Source: Eledone cirrhosa (Eukaryota). Taken from it: DNA of 64,000 bases. Where the stretch lies: the NCBI GenBank assembly GCA_964016885.1, contig OZ024743.1, forward strand, positions 11,718,001-11,782,000, given 5' to 3'. The position numbers were made by a program, and so were the translations under genes. The notes beneath the pieces were generated by a model that was not told the DNA's origin, did no database searches, and saw only the letters and a program-made list of their open reading frames with translations. Positions 23,799 to 39,006 of the stretch are shown here, piece after piece; within the stretch, counting starts at the first letter, position 1, and every line of letters starts with the position of its first letter.

Positions 23799-25214
23799 CA
23801 AATTTGATGAGATGCAATTTGGTTTTATACCAAGAAGGAGCACAACAGATATTTCCGAACTTGTGAGAGAATTACCGGAATAATACATAGTGATGTTAAC
23901 GTATCTATAACTTGCTTTGTTGATGGTAGCTGTTTATCATTTTTTGATATCTGCCTTTTATTATAGTCCTCAATACCATAACAGGTCAGTTTATGGCCGG
24001 GTCACATATAAAAATCTTTAAGCTGGTGACCCACTTCTTATTGATGAATCTATGAAAGAGCTACAGAAAAGTCCCTATAGTAGAAACTGAACTTAGAGTC
24101 AGAGTAAACAAAGCAACAATTCAATGTTGCAGTTAGTAAGAAAGAAGACATGGCCCCGGAGCCATTAGGGAACTGGCTATGTTTTATATGTAGAACATAT
24201 GTAGATGTGAACTCTAACGAATGTACATAATGTAAAACATTGGTAGATAAGGGATGCAGTAGGGTTCTGGGCAGACAAACAGAAAATGTAGAGGATTTAC
24301 ATGAATAATTATTTGTAAGAGACTGGGTGTAATAAACTTTCTTTAAACCATGTATGGACATATGAAGCGTATAGATGTAGATTGTGTGTGGAAAAGTGTC
24401 GGGTGTTCGAAGTAAAAGGAAGAAGTAGTAGACGGTCAAGGAAGACTGGACAGAAGATTTAGAGAGGTCTCAAAACGCAGAACGTGACAGAGGAGATGAC
24501 GTGGGAATGTATTAGGTGAGAGGAAGTTGTATGGGAAAGGTATATCCCATCCTGGCAAGATTAGAGAATAGGACATAAATATATGATGATGATAATGGTG
24601 TGTGTATCTGTGTGCGTGTATATCATATGTAGTAACAAAATATATCGGCCCTGTATATAAACATAAGCGAGAAGAAACACATCTCTCCGCGAGGAAATTA
24701 CTTGGTATATTTCTCTGGCACTGTACATCAGACACTCCATTATCACCCCGGTCATCAGAAATAGACTAAAATAGTACATTTTAAAAAATTTGATGCTTAT
24801 CTTCAAAATTTGCGCCTAATAAAAATTCTACTTTAGTTTTTCGTGTTTTTTATGTCTTCGGTGTTGTCAACCTCCAAAATGACAAAGTTTCCATCAATAA
24901 CAAACCATCATATTTTATCCAGTAAAACATGTGTTGTGCAATTCCTTCATTTAAAAAAATGTTATGATATTAGGGAGATTTGACTGCTATGTCTAGCGAG
25001 TCTGCACAGGTTCACATCTTGACATAATTATGATTTTATCGGCTGAAAAGGGAAATCATTTTGTTTATGAAATTGAGCTACGAATGTGTTAGGAAACTAT
25101 GAAGTGATATAAAGGTGTCACCTTCGTCAGAGAGTGCGAAATTTTCAGTGAATGGGTTGATGTTCAGCCTGTAGAACAACCTGTGGCTTCCTCAGTTTAG
25201 AAGTGCTCCACATT

Positions 25215-25700
25215 AGCATTGCACTGAGAATGGGAAATGATGTTTGTGGATTACTAAAATGTCACTTTGGTTGGCCTCACGACTCCACAGCTGTCCATGA
25301 TTTGTTTGAATGCTGTTCATTTCTCTGGCCATACCGTACTAAACGTAATTATTAAGCGGACCTTGACTCGGGTAAATATTCCTTCAATTCTGTAGCCGGC
25401 TGGATTGTCCAGAGTTGATTGAAAGACATCAGACGGTTTTACTCTGGGTAAGAGGTAGATATGTTGCAATAGCTTGATACTTTCCTCAATAAAGTTTCTT
25501 TCACACTATCAAGCGGTTACCATGAAGCCGACCTTGATGGTCTCATAGATAAGTTACCATTGTGATTCGGCGTTCGAGTCACCAATATGTCTGAGATTTT
25601 GACATATCAAACGGCCATCTCTTTATTCTCGAGTCCCGAACACAAAGGGAAGCAAGACTCATAAATTATCTGCTCCCACATTAAATTTAGCAATTGTAGA
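25215..25700 (+). mobile_element. Decayed CRE-like RLE-domain relic in the spacer; also at ~32.9, 40.4 and 48.0 kb, partly deleted at 55.7 kb, absent from the first unit
   Basis: Residual ALRMGNDVC...HTVLNVIIKRTLTRVNIPSIL*PAGLSRVD*KTSDGFTL, homologous to 4669-5183. Confidence 0.72.
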
Positions 25701-25766
25701 GTTCATACTGACTAGCTAATATGTAATAGTCGACTGTCTCACACACCGACCACTTTGGGTCTATCT

Positions 25767-25858
<92 letters not shown>

Positions 25859-26060
25859 CACTCTCCCTCTTTAGTCTACTTCTCTCTCAGCCAGGTCAAC
25901 GAAATTTATCCCATCAAGAGAAATTTGGTAAATGCATCTTAAATAGAGTCTTTGCAAGTAAACATGTATATACGTCACACCTGATACAATACAGAGTTCT
26001 TTGTGTATTGTCATAACTTCGATGAAAGTTATCTATATATATATGTAAAACTGAGGGTGT

Positions 26061-26135
<75 letters not shown>

Positions 26136-28079
26136 TGTGTCTATGAGTTTTATGCCTAAAACTCGAGAAGTAACCAAGGGAATTTTTTTCAGACTTTACA
26201 TGTGAATTACTTATGTTTCAGGGAGTGTTATGCACATAAATTTAACCTTTTGATTCCCTACGGCCCGCATCAGGTGAAATACTGCGTTTTTTTTTCAGCA
26301 TTTTAGGGTTGTTTTGAGGCGTTACGTCTGACCGATTTTTCCGAAATATCAAGGCATATTATGCACATAAAAAAAATTCATTTTCTTGATCCCTTAGGGC
26401 CCGTATTAGGTGAAAACCTGCATTTTCCCTTCTTCATCGAGGAACATCTTAAAGGTTATCCAGCCATCAGAGTATTCGGTTTATTTTCTTTACATATTGT
26501 CCAGACATGCAGTTTTTCCACGATTAGGTCTGTTGGCGGCCCGCGTTCCAAAATACCTTATCCCGTGCAACGTCGGGTACCACTGCTAGTATTTAATAAA
26601 TTAGTAACATAGAGGCTTTGTGTTATTGTGGTTTATATATTTCATTTTCTATGTGATCAAGGTAAATCACTTACCCAGGGAACCATCACAAGACCATCAT
26701 CATCATAATCAGCACTGTTATACACTTACTGGTACACCCGCTATCTCTGTTCACACTATATCAGGCACATCAAACTTCTTTTGCCTACACTCTACACAAC
26801 AGTGACCACATCACTGAGCACTCCACAAGTGAGTACAGACACAACAACCGAATCAACACCACAACACCACCAACCATCATAGCACCATACTTGCTATAAT
26901 TGGTAATGAGGGCCGCCACAGTCATTGATTCTTTCGCTCCTTCCTACATTCTGGGTGCTACATTAAATGTGAGGGCCACTGTTTCCCTAGCCGAACGGAA
27001 TAAAAGACTAAAATACTGGCAATTATCGATATTATTTCCAGGTTGTGGCGTTGGAGACGTTTGGGGGTAACTGAACCGCTGGCAACAGAGCTCGTGTCAT
27101 AGTTTACGGCTAGCTTTACCATGGAATCAGGTGTCGTCCACCGGGCTGCTCCCTTATTCCACCACCTTAACCCCGCTCCCACACGCAGTAAAGCTGCTAG
27201 TGTGTTGGCTTGCCTCAAATGGTATACGAGGGATGATCTGGTACCCATTATTGTGTGAGATCGATTTCCACACTTAGTGTTGATTTAATATTTTCTTTCG
27301 TTTTGAGTCCATATTTTCATGTGAAATATTTAATTAAGTAATAGTGACATACCTGTAGCGAGGAAAATTTTTTCACGGTTGATTTTCCGAAAACTGCGGC
27401 CACCTGGGCATTGACCTATGACCTGCGTGATATCACTTTCGTCTATGAAAGAATCTCGACGTCCAATTAAACATGTCTAAGTAACGAACCATCGTTAAAA
27501 AGATTAGCTGGGAATTCGGCTTGTCCAGTCTGCAAAGTTTCGCCTCTTTTCTCTGCAGGAAAAATTCGCTTATTACGAGATTTCACCATGAAACATTTTG
27601 TTTTGACAAATCCTTGCATATTTAAAAAATATATACATTTTTTCCCGCCAACGATGTAGAAGTAACCGTTCCACGTACACAGAGATAGATTTAATAACTC
27701 TATCCTATTGTACATTATCAATTGTATTTTTTGTGAAGTAAAGCTATTAATTAAATAAGTATTTTGATACTTGTCGTGTTTACATTTTCTCCGAACTTAC
27801 CACAACAAATGGACTTCGCTTCATATATATGTAACGGGGAATATTGACAGCTATGTCATTTGTATTTTTATTTCAATCTATCTATATTGTCAACATACTT
27901 GTTAGAGAAAAAAACTTTGCTATTATGTGATGTTATGTACATCGTTTATTTTGATATAATTTCACGAGCTACATTATCATAGTTTTAGGACAATGTTTTC
28001 ACTGAACAGGTTATATTTACTTAAATCTTCATATTTTCGAGCAACTATTCTATCGAAATTGATATTTTCAGCTGAAAGA

Positions 28080-28216
28080 AGTAATGGAACTATGTAGAGG
28101 TATCTAGAAAATTCGAGAAACATGTAGATCATTACAGAATGTTGCAGAAATGGCTGGAAAATACTAGCGATGACGTCAAACTAGGAGGAAGAGGAGGTAA
28201 CTCTCCAGTATAAATA
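28080..28216 (+). promoter_or_regulatory. Hsp70 copy 2 promoter: HSE array, CRE, TATA
   Basis: Same sequence as copy 1; CRE 28171-28178, TATA 28209-28216. Confidence 0.88.
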
Positions 28217-28459
28217 TTTGAATCGCTTAGCTTGTCACTCAATATCTACACTAACAACTGCTGTAAACAACACGAGAAAGGAATCTTACTCGCGAAATAT
28301 TTCTTCAACTTATACATTCTACGAAGCAAAAGTTATCTACATATCTTCGAGTTATATAACAGAAATACAAACTAACAACAAGAAAAGATAATCAAGAAGA
28401 AAGAAGTCGAACAAGCTATTTATTTACATATTTGAAGAAGAGTACATAAATTAAGAATA

Positions 28460-30367
28460 ATGGTGAAAACGCCTGCTATTGGTATCGATCTGGGAACAAC
28501 CTATTCTTGTGTAGGTGTGTTTCAACATGGCAAAGTAGAAATCATTGCCAACGACCAAGGAAACAGGACAACTCCAAGCTACGTGGCTTTCACGGAGGCC
28601 GAAAGACTGGTGGGCGATGCAGCGAAAAACCAAGCGACCCTCAACCCCGAGAACACTGTGTTTGATGCTAAACGTTTAATTGGACGCCACTTTAACGATA
28701 CTTCCGTACAACAAGACATGAAGCATTGGCCATTCGGAGTGGTGAACAAAAATGGTAACAAACCACATGTGCAAGTGGAGTACAAGGGAGAGCAAAAGCA
28801 GTTTTCGCCCGAAGAGATTAGTTCGATGGTATTGAGTAAAATGAAGGAGACAGCCGAGTCTTACCTGGGTTGTGAAGTTAAAGACGCAGTAGTAACAGTA
28901 CCAGCTTACTTTAACGACTCTCAAAGACAGGCAACGAAAGATGCAGCCAGTATAGCTGGTCTGAATGTGTTGAGAATTGTGAACGAACCAACGGCCGGCG
29001 CGCTCGCTTACGGTCTCGAGAAAAACTTATCTGGTGAGAAGAACGTTCTAATCTTTGACTTGGGTGGTGGTACATTCGACGTTTCCATCTTGGCAATTGA
29101 TCAGGGATCTCTTTTCGAGGTGAAAGCTACAGCTGGTGACACACATCTGGGTGGAGAAGACTTCGATAACCGGCTCGTTGATCACTTTGCCGACGAATTC
29201 AAACGTAAACACAAGAAACATATCAAAGAAAATCCACGTTCTATCAGACGTCTGCGTACAGCATGCGAACGAGCCAAACGAACCCTATCGAGCAGTACAG
29301 AAGCTTCAGTAGAACTGGATTCTCTCTATGAAGGCATTGATTTTTACTCGAAGATTACCAGAGCACGCTTCGAGGATCTTTGCAGTGACCTCTTCCGATC
29401 CACTTTAGAACCAGTTGAGAAAGCACTGCGAGACGCCAAGTTTGATAAATCGAGCATTCATGACATTGTGTTGGTCGGTGGATCAACACGCATTCCAAAG
29501 ATCCAGAAATTACTTCAGGACTTCATGCAAGGAAAGCCGATCAACAAATCTATCAATCCAGACGAAGCTGTTGCCTACGGAGCTGCCGTACAAGCTGCAG
29601 TTCTCTCTGGAGACATGAGTGATTCCATCAAAGACGTACTACTTGTAGATGTAGCGCCTTTGTCGCTTGGAATAGAAACGGCTGGTGGTGTGATGACTAA
29701 ACTTATCGAGCGTAACAGCAGAATCCCGTGTAAAACATCCGATGTATTCACTACCTATTCAGATAACCAGCCGGGTGTGTCTATTCAGGTATTCGAAGGA
29801 GAAAGAGCAATGACAAAAGACAACAACTGCCTCGGACGTTTCGAATTGAGTGGCATTCCACCAGCTCCTAGAGGTGTACCTCAAATAGAAGTCTCTTTTG
29901 ATATGGATGCCAATGGAATACTTAACGTTTCTGCTGTTGACAAAAGTACCGGCAAAAGCAACAAAATTACCATCACCAACGACAAAGGACGTTTGAGCAA
30001 AGAGGAAATCGAAAGAATGATCAATGAAGCTAAACAATACGAGGCAGAAGACGAAAAACAACGACAACGTATTGCAGCTAAGAATCAGTTGGAACAATAC
30101 ATATTCAACGTGAAACAAGCACTCAATACAGACAACGATAAACTATCCGAGCAAGTTAAAAATCAGGCTCTTGATATGTGTAACAAAACGTTAGATTGGA
30201 TAGACAATAACAGTCTAGCAGAAACAGATGAATTTACCTACAAACTGCAGGAAGCACAGAAATTCTGCTCTCCAATAATGTCGAAACTACACACATCATC
30301 TAATTCTAACAAAAATAATTCCACATCACAACCAACCAGTGGACCAACGATTGAAGAAATGGACTAA
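28460..30367 (+). CDS. hsp70: Inducible-type cytosolic Hsp70, copy 2 (A212, EEMD)
   Basis: 635-aa ORF identical to copy 1 except I634M. Confidence 0.99.
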   Translation: MVKTPAIGIDLGTTYSCVGVFQHGKVEIIANDQGNRTTPSYVAFTEAERLVGDAAKNQATLNPENTVFDAKRLIGRHFNDTSVQQDMKHWPFGVVNKNGNKPHVQVEYKGEQKQFSPEEISSMVLSKMKETAESYLGCEVKDAVVTVPAYFNDSQRQATKDAASIAGLNVLRIVNEPTAGALAYGLEKNLSGEKNVLIFDLGGGTFDVSILAIDQGSLFEVKATAGDTHLGGEDFDNRLVDHFADEFKRKHKKHIKENPRSIRRLRTACERAKRTLSSSTEASVELDSLYEGIDFYSKITRARFEDLCSDLFRSTLEPVEKALRDAKFDKSSIHDIVLVGGSTRIPKIQKLLQDFMQGKPINKSINPDEAVAYGAAVQAAVLSGDMSDSIKDVLLVDVAPLSLGIETAGGVMTKLIERNSRIPCKTSDVFTTYSDNQPGVSIQVFEGERAMTKDNNCLGRFELSGIPPAPRGVPQIEVSFDMDANGILNVSAVDKSTGKSNKITITNDKGRLSKEEIERMINEAKQYEAEDEKQRQRIAAKNQLEQYIFNVKQALNTDNDKLSEQVKNQALDMCNKTLDWIDNNSLAETDEFTYKLQEAQKFCSPIMSKLHTSSNSNKNNSTSQPTSGPTIEEMD

Positions 30368-31374
30368 GACATTTATTCACTGATAAACTTTTTCTAAAAT
30401 ACTGTAATATATCTGTAACTGTATAGTCTACTGTTCTCACATCTCACACAATATCACATTACATGATTCTTGAAGATATTCTGGTTAATATCTTTTCAAC
30501 AACGTCGTGTACTCTCATTATTTATTTTATATATAATATATTGTAAACAACTTCGAAACCTCATATTATTTTTATATTTATTATAAACAATAAATTATAT
30601 TTTCTTTTCCAACACTTTCGATGTTATCTTATTTTTGCTTATTCTTTGTTACATCTAAATGTTGCTATTGTTATGTCATGCCCGGCCGCTTCCTTTTCGT
30701 ACTGGTCCCCGTCGACCTCTCATGTGTCCTTAAATCTACATTTAAAGAATCTGAAAGCAAAAGGTTCGGCAACGTTATATGTCTTGATCACCAGAACCGT
30801 GAGGTGTCCCAAATAGCAAAGCATTGTTCTAGTGTGAACAAGGATGTTGAGTGAAAATATGTCTGAGATAACTCAGGTGCAGGATCAGTTGCTCCGAAGA
30901 AAATGCTGGGACCTGGCATTATAAGAGGTTGATGAATCTGGAGAATAGGTGGAAACAAGAGACATCATCCGCAGTTGACTAAATAGAGAGACCAACTGTC
31001 TATATTGACAGTTACAGGACCAAAGAAGCAATCAGAGAAAACATGTAAAAGCAGCTGGAGTGTTAGATATATTTTCTTAGATGCTAAAATCTTCTGTTGA
31101 GGTTGGAGTCGAGCATTCTTACCAATAATCAATTAGGTAATACATCTGTTGTCATACCCAACAGCTGGTGTAACAGCATAATCTATAATTGCTACAGGGG
31201 AAAATGTGATGCTCTAGAAATGAGTAACTATAGAGGCCTAAATCTGGTGGGCAGAGTAATGGAAGTGATGGAGTGATAGCCTAACAAATTAGAGAGAGAG
31301 AGAGAGAGAGAGAGAGCGGGGGGGGGGGAGAGTGAGAGAGAGCGGGGGGGGGGAGTGAGAGAGGGAGAGAGAGA

Positions 31375-31434
<60 letters not shown>

Positions 31435-33420
31435 CAAATTTGATGAGATGCAATTTGGTTTTATACCAAGAAGGAGCACAACAGATATTTCCGAACTTGT
31501 GAGAGAATTACCGGAATAATACATAGTGATGTTAACGTATCTATAACTTGCTTTGTTGATGGTAGCTGTTTATCATTTTTTGATATCTGCCTTTTATTAT
31601 AGTCCTCAATACCATAACAGGTCAGTTTATGGCCGGGTCACATATAAAAATCTTTAAGCTGGTGACCCACTTCTTATTGATGAATCTATGAAAGAGCTAC
31701 AGAAAAGTCCCTATAGTAGAAACTGAACTTAGAGTCAGAGTAAACAAAGCAACAATTCAATGCTGCAGTTAGTAAGAAAGAAGACATGGCTCCGGAGCCA
31801 TTAGGGAACTGGCTATGTTTTATATGTAGAACATATGTAGATGTGAACTCTAACGAATGTACATAATGTAAAACATTGGTAGATAAGGGATGCAGTAGGG
31901 TTCTGGGCAGACAAACAGAAAATGTAGAGGATTTACATGAATAATTATTTGTAAGAGACTGGGTGTAATAAACTTTCTTTGAACCATGTATGGACATATG
32001 AAGCGTATAGATGTAGATTGTGTGTGGAAAAGTGTCGGGTGTTCGAAGTAAAAGGAAGAAGTAGTAGACGGTCAAGGAAGACTGGACAGAAGATTTAGAG
32101 AGGTCTCAAAACGCAGAACGTGACAGAGGAGATGACGTGGGAATATATTAGGTGAGAGGAAGTTGTATGGGAAAGGCATATCCCATCCTGGCAAGATTAG
32201 AGAATAGGACATAAATATATGATGATGATGATGGTGATGATGATGATGATGGTGTGTGTATCTGTGTGCGTGTATATCATATGTAGTAACAAAATATATC
32301 GGCCCTGTATATAAACATAAGCGAGAAGAAACACATCTCTCCGCGAGGAAATTACTTGGTATATTTCTCTGGCACTGTACATCAGACACTCCATTATCAC
32401 CCCGGTCATCAGAAATAGACTAAAATAGTACATTTTAAAAAATTTGATGCTTATCTTCAAAATTTGCGCCTAATAAAAATTCTACTTTAGTTTTTCGTGT
32501 TTTTTATGTCTTCGGTGTTGTCAACCTCCAAAATGACAAAGTTTCCATCAATAACAAACCATCATATTTTATCCAGTAAAACATGTGTTGTGCAATTCCT
32601 TCATTTAAAAAAATGTTATGATATTAGGGAGATTTGACTGCTATGTCTAGCGAGTCTGCACAGGTTCACATCTTGACATAATTATGATTTTATCGGCTGA
32701 AAAGGGAAATCATTTTGTTTATGAAACTGAGCTACGAATGTGTTAGGAAACTATGAAGTGATATAAAGGTGTCACCTTCGTCAGCGAGCGCGAAATTTTC
32801 AGTGAATGGGTTGATGTTCAGCCTGTAGAACAACCTGTGGCTTCCTCAGTTTAGAAGTGCTCCACATTAGCATTGCACTGAGAATGGGAAATGATGTTTG
32901 TGGATTACTAAAATGTCACTTTGGTTGGCCTCTCGACTCCACAGCTGTCCATGATTTGTTTGAATGCTGTTCATTTCTCTGGCCATACCGTACTAAACGT
33001 AATTATTAAGCGGACCTTGACTCGGGTAAATATTCCTTCAATTCTGTAGCCGGCTGGATTGTCCAGAGTTGATTGAAAGACATCAGACGGTTTTACTCTG
33101 GGTAAGAGGTAGATATGTTGCAATAGCTTGATACTTTCCTCAATAAAGTTTCTTTCACACTATCAAGCGGTTACCATGAAGCCGACCTTGATGGTCTCAT
33201 AGATAAGTTACCATTGTGATTCGGCGTTCGAGTCACCAATATGTCTGAGATTTTGACATATCAAACGGCCATCTCTTTATTCTCGAGTCCCGAACACAAA
33301 GGGAAGCAAGACTCATAAATTATCTGCTCCCACATTAAATTTAGCAATTGTAGAGTTCATACTGACTAGCTAATATGTAATGGTCAACTGTCTCACACAC
33401 CGACCACTTTGGGTCTATCT

Positions 33421-33458
<38 letters not shown>

Positions 33459-33663
33459 CACTCTCCCTCTTTAGTCTACTTCTCTCTCAGCCAGGTCAAC
33501 GAAATTTATCCCATCAAGAGAAATTTGGTAAATGCATCTTAAATAGAGTCTTTGCAAGTAAACATGTATATACGTCACACCTGATACAATACAGAGTTCT
33601 TTGTGTATTGTCATAACTTCGATGAAAGTTATCTATATATATATGTAAAACTGAGGGTGTCTC

Positions 33664-33731
<68 letters not shown>

Positions 33732-35662
33732 TGTATGTGTGTGTGTCTATGAGTTTGATGCCTAAAACTCGAGAAGTAACCAAGGGAATTTTTTTCAGAC
33801 TTTACATGTGTATTACTTATGTTTCAGGGAGTGTTATGCACATAAATTTAACCTTTTGATTCCCTACGGCCCGCATCAGGTGAAATACTGCGTTTTTTTT
33901 TCAGCATTTTAGGGTTGTTTTGAGGCGTTACGTCTGACCGATTTTTCCGAAATATCAAGGCATATTATGCACATAAAAAAAATTCATTTTCTTGATCCCT
34001 TAGGGCCCGTATTAGGTGAAAACCTGCATTTTCCCTTCTTCATCGAGGAAAATCTTAAAGGTTATCCAGCCATCAGAGTATTCGGTTTATTTTCTTTACA
34101 TATTGTCCAGACATGCAGTTTTTCCACGATTAGGTCTGTTGGCGGCCCGCGTTCCAAAATACCTTATCCCGTGCAACGTCGGGTACCACTGCTAGTATTT
34201 AATAAATTAGTAACATAGAGGCTTTGTGTTATTGTGGTTTATATATTTCATTTTCTATGTGATCAAGGTAAATCACTTACCCAGGGAACCATCACAAGAC
34301 CATCATCATCATAATCAGCACTGTTATACACTTACTGGTACACCCGCTTTCTCTGTTCACACTATATCAGGCACATCAAACTTCTTTTGCCTACACTCTA
34401 CACAACAGTGACCACATCACTGAGCACTCCACAAGTGAGTACAGACACAACAACCGAATCAACACCACAACACCACCAACCATCATAGCACCATACTTGC
34501 TATAATTGGTAATGAGGGCCGCCACAGTCATTGATTCTTTCGCTCCTTCCTACATTCTGGGTGCTACATTAAATGTGAGGGCCACTGTTTCCCTAGCCGA
34601 ACGGAATAAAAGACTAAAATACTGGCAATTATCGATATTATTTCCAGGTTGTGGCGTTGGAGACGTTTGGGGGTAACTGAACCGCTGGCAACAGAGCTCG
34701 TGTCATAGTTTACGGCTAGCTTTACCATGGAATCAGGTGTCGTCCACCGGGCTGCTCCCTTATTCCACCACCTTAACCCCGCTCCCACACGCAGTAAAGC
34801 TGCTAGTGTGTTGGCTTGCCTCAAATGGTATACGAGGGATGATCTGGTACCCATTATTGTGTGAGATCGATTTCCACACTTAGTGTTGATTTAATATTTT
34901 CTTTCGTTTTGAGTCCATATTTTCATGTGAAATATTTAATTAAGTAATAGTGACATACCTGTAGCGAGGAAAATTTTTTCACGGTTGATTTTCCGAAAAC
35001 TGCGGCCACCTGGGCATTGACCTATGACCTGCGTGATATCACTTTCGTCTATGAAAGAATCTCGACGTCCAATTAAACATTTCTAAGTAACGAACCATCG
35101 TTAAAAAGATTAGCTGGGAATTCGGCTTGTCCAGTCTGCAGGAAAAATTCGCTTATTACGAGATTTCACCATGAAACATTTTGTTTTGACAAATCCTTGC
35201 ATATTTAAAAAATATATACATTTTTTCCCGCCAACGATGTAGAAGTAACCGTTCCACGTACACAGAGATAGATTTAATAACTCTATCCTATTGTACATTA
35301 TCAATTGTATTTTTTGTGAAGTAAAGCTATTAATTAAATAAGTATTTTGATACCTGTCGTGTTTACATTTTCTCCGAACTTACCACAACAAATGGACTTC
35401 GCTTCATATATATGTAACGGGGAATATTGACAGCTATGTCATTTGTATTTTTATTTCAATCTATCTATATTGTCAACATACTTGTTAGAGAAAAAAACTT
35501 TGCTATTATGTGATGTTATGTACATCGTTTATTTTGATATAATTTCACGAGCTACATTATCATAGTTTTAGGACAATGTTTTCACTGAACAGGTTATATT
35601 TACTTAAATCTTCATATTTTCGAGCAACTATTCTATCGAAATTGATATTTTCAGCTGAAAGA

Positions 35663-35799
35663 AGTAATGGAACTATGTAGAGGTATCTAGAAAATTCGAG
35701 AAACATGTAGATCATTACAGAATGTTGCAGAAATGGCTGGAAAATACTAGCGATGACGTCAAACTAGGAGGAAGAGGAGGTAACTCTCCAGTATAAATA
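35663..35799 (+). promoter_or_regulatory. Hsp70 copy 3 promoter: HSE array, CRE, TATA
   Basis: CRE 35754-35761, TATA 35792-35799. Confidence 0.88.
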
Positions 35800-36042
35800 T
35801 TTGAATCGCTTAGCTTGTCACTCAATATCTACACTAACAACTGCTGTAAACAACACGAGAAAGGAATCTTACTCGCGAAATATTTCTTCAACTTATACAT
35901 TCTACGAAGCAAAAGTTATCTACATATCTTCGAGTTATATAACAGAAATACAAACTAACAACAAGAAAAGATAATCAAGAAGAAAGAAGTCGAACAAGCT
36001 ATTTATTTACATATTTGAAGAAGAGTACATAAATTAAGAATA

Positions 36043-37950
36043 ATGGTGAAAACGCCTGCTATTGGTATCGATCTGGGAACAACCTATTCTTGTGTAGGTG
36101 TGTTTCAACATGGCAAAGTAGAAATCATTGCCAACGACCAAGGAAACAGGACAACTCCAAGCTACGTGGCTTTCACGGAGGCCGAAAGACTGGTGGGCGA
36201 TGCAGCGAAAAACCAAGCGACCCTCAACCCCGAGAACACTGTGTTTGATGCTAAACGTTTAATTGGACGCCACTTTAACGATACTTCCGTACAACAAGAC
36301 ATGAAGCATTGGCCATTCGGAGTGGTGAACAAAAATGGTAACAAACCACATGTGCAAGTGGAGTACAAGGGAGAGCAAAAGCAGTTTTCGCCCGAAGAGA
36401 TTAGTTCGATGGTATTGAGTAAAATGAAGGAGACAGCCGAGTCTTACCTGGGTTGTGAAGTTAAAGACGCAGTAGTAACAGTACCAGCTTACTTTAACGA
36501 CTCTCAAAGACAGGCAACGAAAGATGCAGCCAGTATAGCTGGTCTGAATGTGTTGAGAATTGTGAACGAACCAACGGCCGGCGCGCTCGCTTACGGTCTC
36601 GAGAAAAACTTATCTGGTGAGAAGAACGTTCTAATCTTTGACTTGGGTGGTGGTACATTCGACGTTTCCATCTTGACAATTGATCAGGGATCTCTTTTCG
36701 AGGTGAAAGCTACAGCTGGTGACACACATCTGGGTGGAGAAGACTTCGATAACCGGCTCGTTGATCACTTTGCCGACGAATTCAAACGTAAACACAAGAA
36801 ACATATCAAAGAAAATCCACGTTCTATCAGACGTCTGCGTACAGCATGCGAACGAGCCAAACGAACCCTATCGAGCAGTACAGAAGCTTCAGTAGAACTG
36901 GATTCTCTCTATGAAGGCATTGATTTTTACTCGAAGATTACCAGAGCACGCTTCGAGGATCTTTGCAGTGACCTCTTCCGATCCACTTTAGAACCAGTTG
37001 AGAAAGCACTGCGAGACGCCAAGTTTGATAAATCGAGCATTCATGACATTGTGTTGGTCGGTGGATCAACACGCATTCCAAAGATCCAGAAATTACTTCA
37101 GGACTTCATGCAAGGAAAGCCGATCAACAAATCTATCAATCCAGACGAAGCTGTTGCCTACGGAGCTGCCGTACAAGCTGCAGTTCTCTCTGGAGACATG
37201 AGTGATTCCATCAAAGACGTACTACTTGTAGATGTAGCGCCTTTGTCGCTTGGAATAGAAACGGCTGGTGGTGTGATGACTAAACTTATCGAGCGTAACA
37301 GCAGAATCCCGTGTAAAACATCCGATGTATTCACTACCTATTCAGATAACCAGCCGGGTGTGTCTATTCAGGTATTCGAAGGAGAAAGAGCAATGACAAA
37401 AGACAACAACTGCCTCGGACGTTTCGAATTGAGTGGCATTCCACCAGCTCCTAGAGGTGTACCTCAAATAGAAGTCTCTTTTGATATGGATGCCAATGGA
37501 ATACTTAACGTTTCTGCTGTTGACAAAAGTACCGGCAAAAGCAACAAAATTACCATCACCAACGACAAAGGACGTTTGAGCAAAGAGGAAATCGAAAGAA
37601 TGATCAATGAAGCTAAACAATACGAGGCAGAAGACGAAAAACAACGACAACGTATTGCAGCTAAGAATCAGTTGGAACAATACATATTCAACGTGAAACA
37701 AGCACTCAATACAGACAACGATAAACTATCCGAGCAAGTTAAAAATCAGGCTCTTGATATGTGTAACAAAACGTTAGATTGGATAGACAATAACAGTCTA
37801 GCAGAAACAGATGAATTTACCTACAAACTGCAGGAAGCACAGAAATTCTGCTCTCCAATAATGTCGAAACTACACACATCATCTAATTCTAACAAAAATA
37901 ATTCCACATCACAACCAACCAGTGGACCAACGATTGAAGAAATCGACTAA
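36043..37950 (+). CDS. hsp70: Inducible-type cytosolic Hsp70, copy 3 (T212, EEID)
   Basis: 635-aa ORF; SILTIDQ variant. Confidence 0.99.
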   Translation: MVKTPAIGIDLGTTYSCVGVFQHGKVEIIANDQGNRTTPSYVAFTEAERLVGDAAKNQATLNPENTVFDAKRLIGRHFNDTSVQQDMKHWPFGVVNKNGNKPHVQVEYKGEQKQFSPEEISSMVLSKMKETAESYLGCEVKDAVVTVPAYFNDSQRQATKDAASIAGLNVLRIVNEPTAGALAYGLEKNLSGEKNVLIFDLGGGTFDVSILTIDQGSLFEVKATAGDTHLGGEDFDNRLVDHFADEFKRKHKKHIKENPRSIRRLRTACERAKRTLSSSTEASVELDSLYEGIDFYSKITRARFEDLCSDLFRSTLEPVEKALRDAKFDKSSIHDIVLVGGSTRIPKIQKLLQDFMQGKPINKSINPDEAVAYGAAVQAAVLSGDMSDSIKDVLLVDVAPLSLGIETAGGVMTKLIERNSRIPCKTSDVFTTYSDNQPGVSIQVFEGERAMTKDNNCLGRFELSGIPPAPRGVPQIEVSFDMDANGILNVSAVDKSTGKSNKITITNDKGRLSKEEIERMINEAKQYEAEDEKQRQRIAAKNQLEQYIFNVKQALNTDNDKLSEQVKNQALDMCNKTLDWIDNNSLAETDEFTYKLQEAQKFCSPIMSKLHTSSNSNKNNSTSQPTSGPTIEEID

Positions 37951-38958
37951 GACATTTATTCACTGATAAACTTTTTCTAAAATACTGTAATATATCTGTA
38001 ACTGTATAGTCTACTGTTCTCACATCTCACACAATATCACATTACATGATTCTTGAAGATATTCTGGTTAATATCTTTTCAACAACGTCGTGTACTCTCA
38101 TTATTTATTTTATATATAATATATTGTAAACAACTTCGAAACCTCATATTATTTTTATATTTATTATAAACAATAAATTATATTTTCTTTTCCAACACTT
38201 TCGATGTTATCTTATTTTTGCTTATTCTTTGTTACATCTAAATGTTGCTATTGTTATGTCATGCCCGGCCGCTTCCTTTTCGTACTGGTCCCCGTCGACC
38301 TCTCATGTGTCCTTAAATCTACATTTAAAGAATCTGAAAGCAAAAGGTTCGGCAACGTTATATGTCTTGATCACCAGAACCGTGAGGTGTCCCAAATAGC
38401 AAAGCATTGTTCTAGTGTGAACAAGGATGTTGAGTGAAAATATGTCTGAGATAACTCAGGTGCAGGATCAGTTGCTCCGAAGAAAATGCTGGGACTGGGC
38501 ATTATAAGAGGTTGATGAATCTGGAGAATAGGTGGAAACAAGAGACATCATCCGCAGTTGACTAAATAGAGACCAACTGTCTATATTGACAGTTACAGGA
38601 CCAAAGAAGCAATCAGAGAAAACATGTAAAAGCAGCTGGAGTGTTAGATATATTTTCTTAGATGCTAAAATCTTCTGTTGAAGTTGGAGAAGAGTATTCT
38701 TACCAATAATCAATTAGGTAATACATCTGTTGTCATACCCAACAGCTGGTGTAACAGCATAATCTATAATTGCTACAGGGGAAAATGTGATGCTCTAGAA
38801 ATGAGTAACTATAGAGGCCTAAATCTGGTGGGCAGAGTAATGGAAGTGATGGAGTGATAGCCTAACAAATTAGAGAGAGAGAGAGAGAGAGAGAGAGCGG
38901 GGGGGGGGGGAGAGTGAGAGAGAGCGGGGGGGGGGAGAGTGAGAGAGGGAGAGAGAGA

Positions 38959-39006
<48 letters not shown>

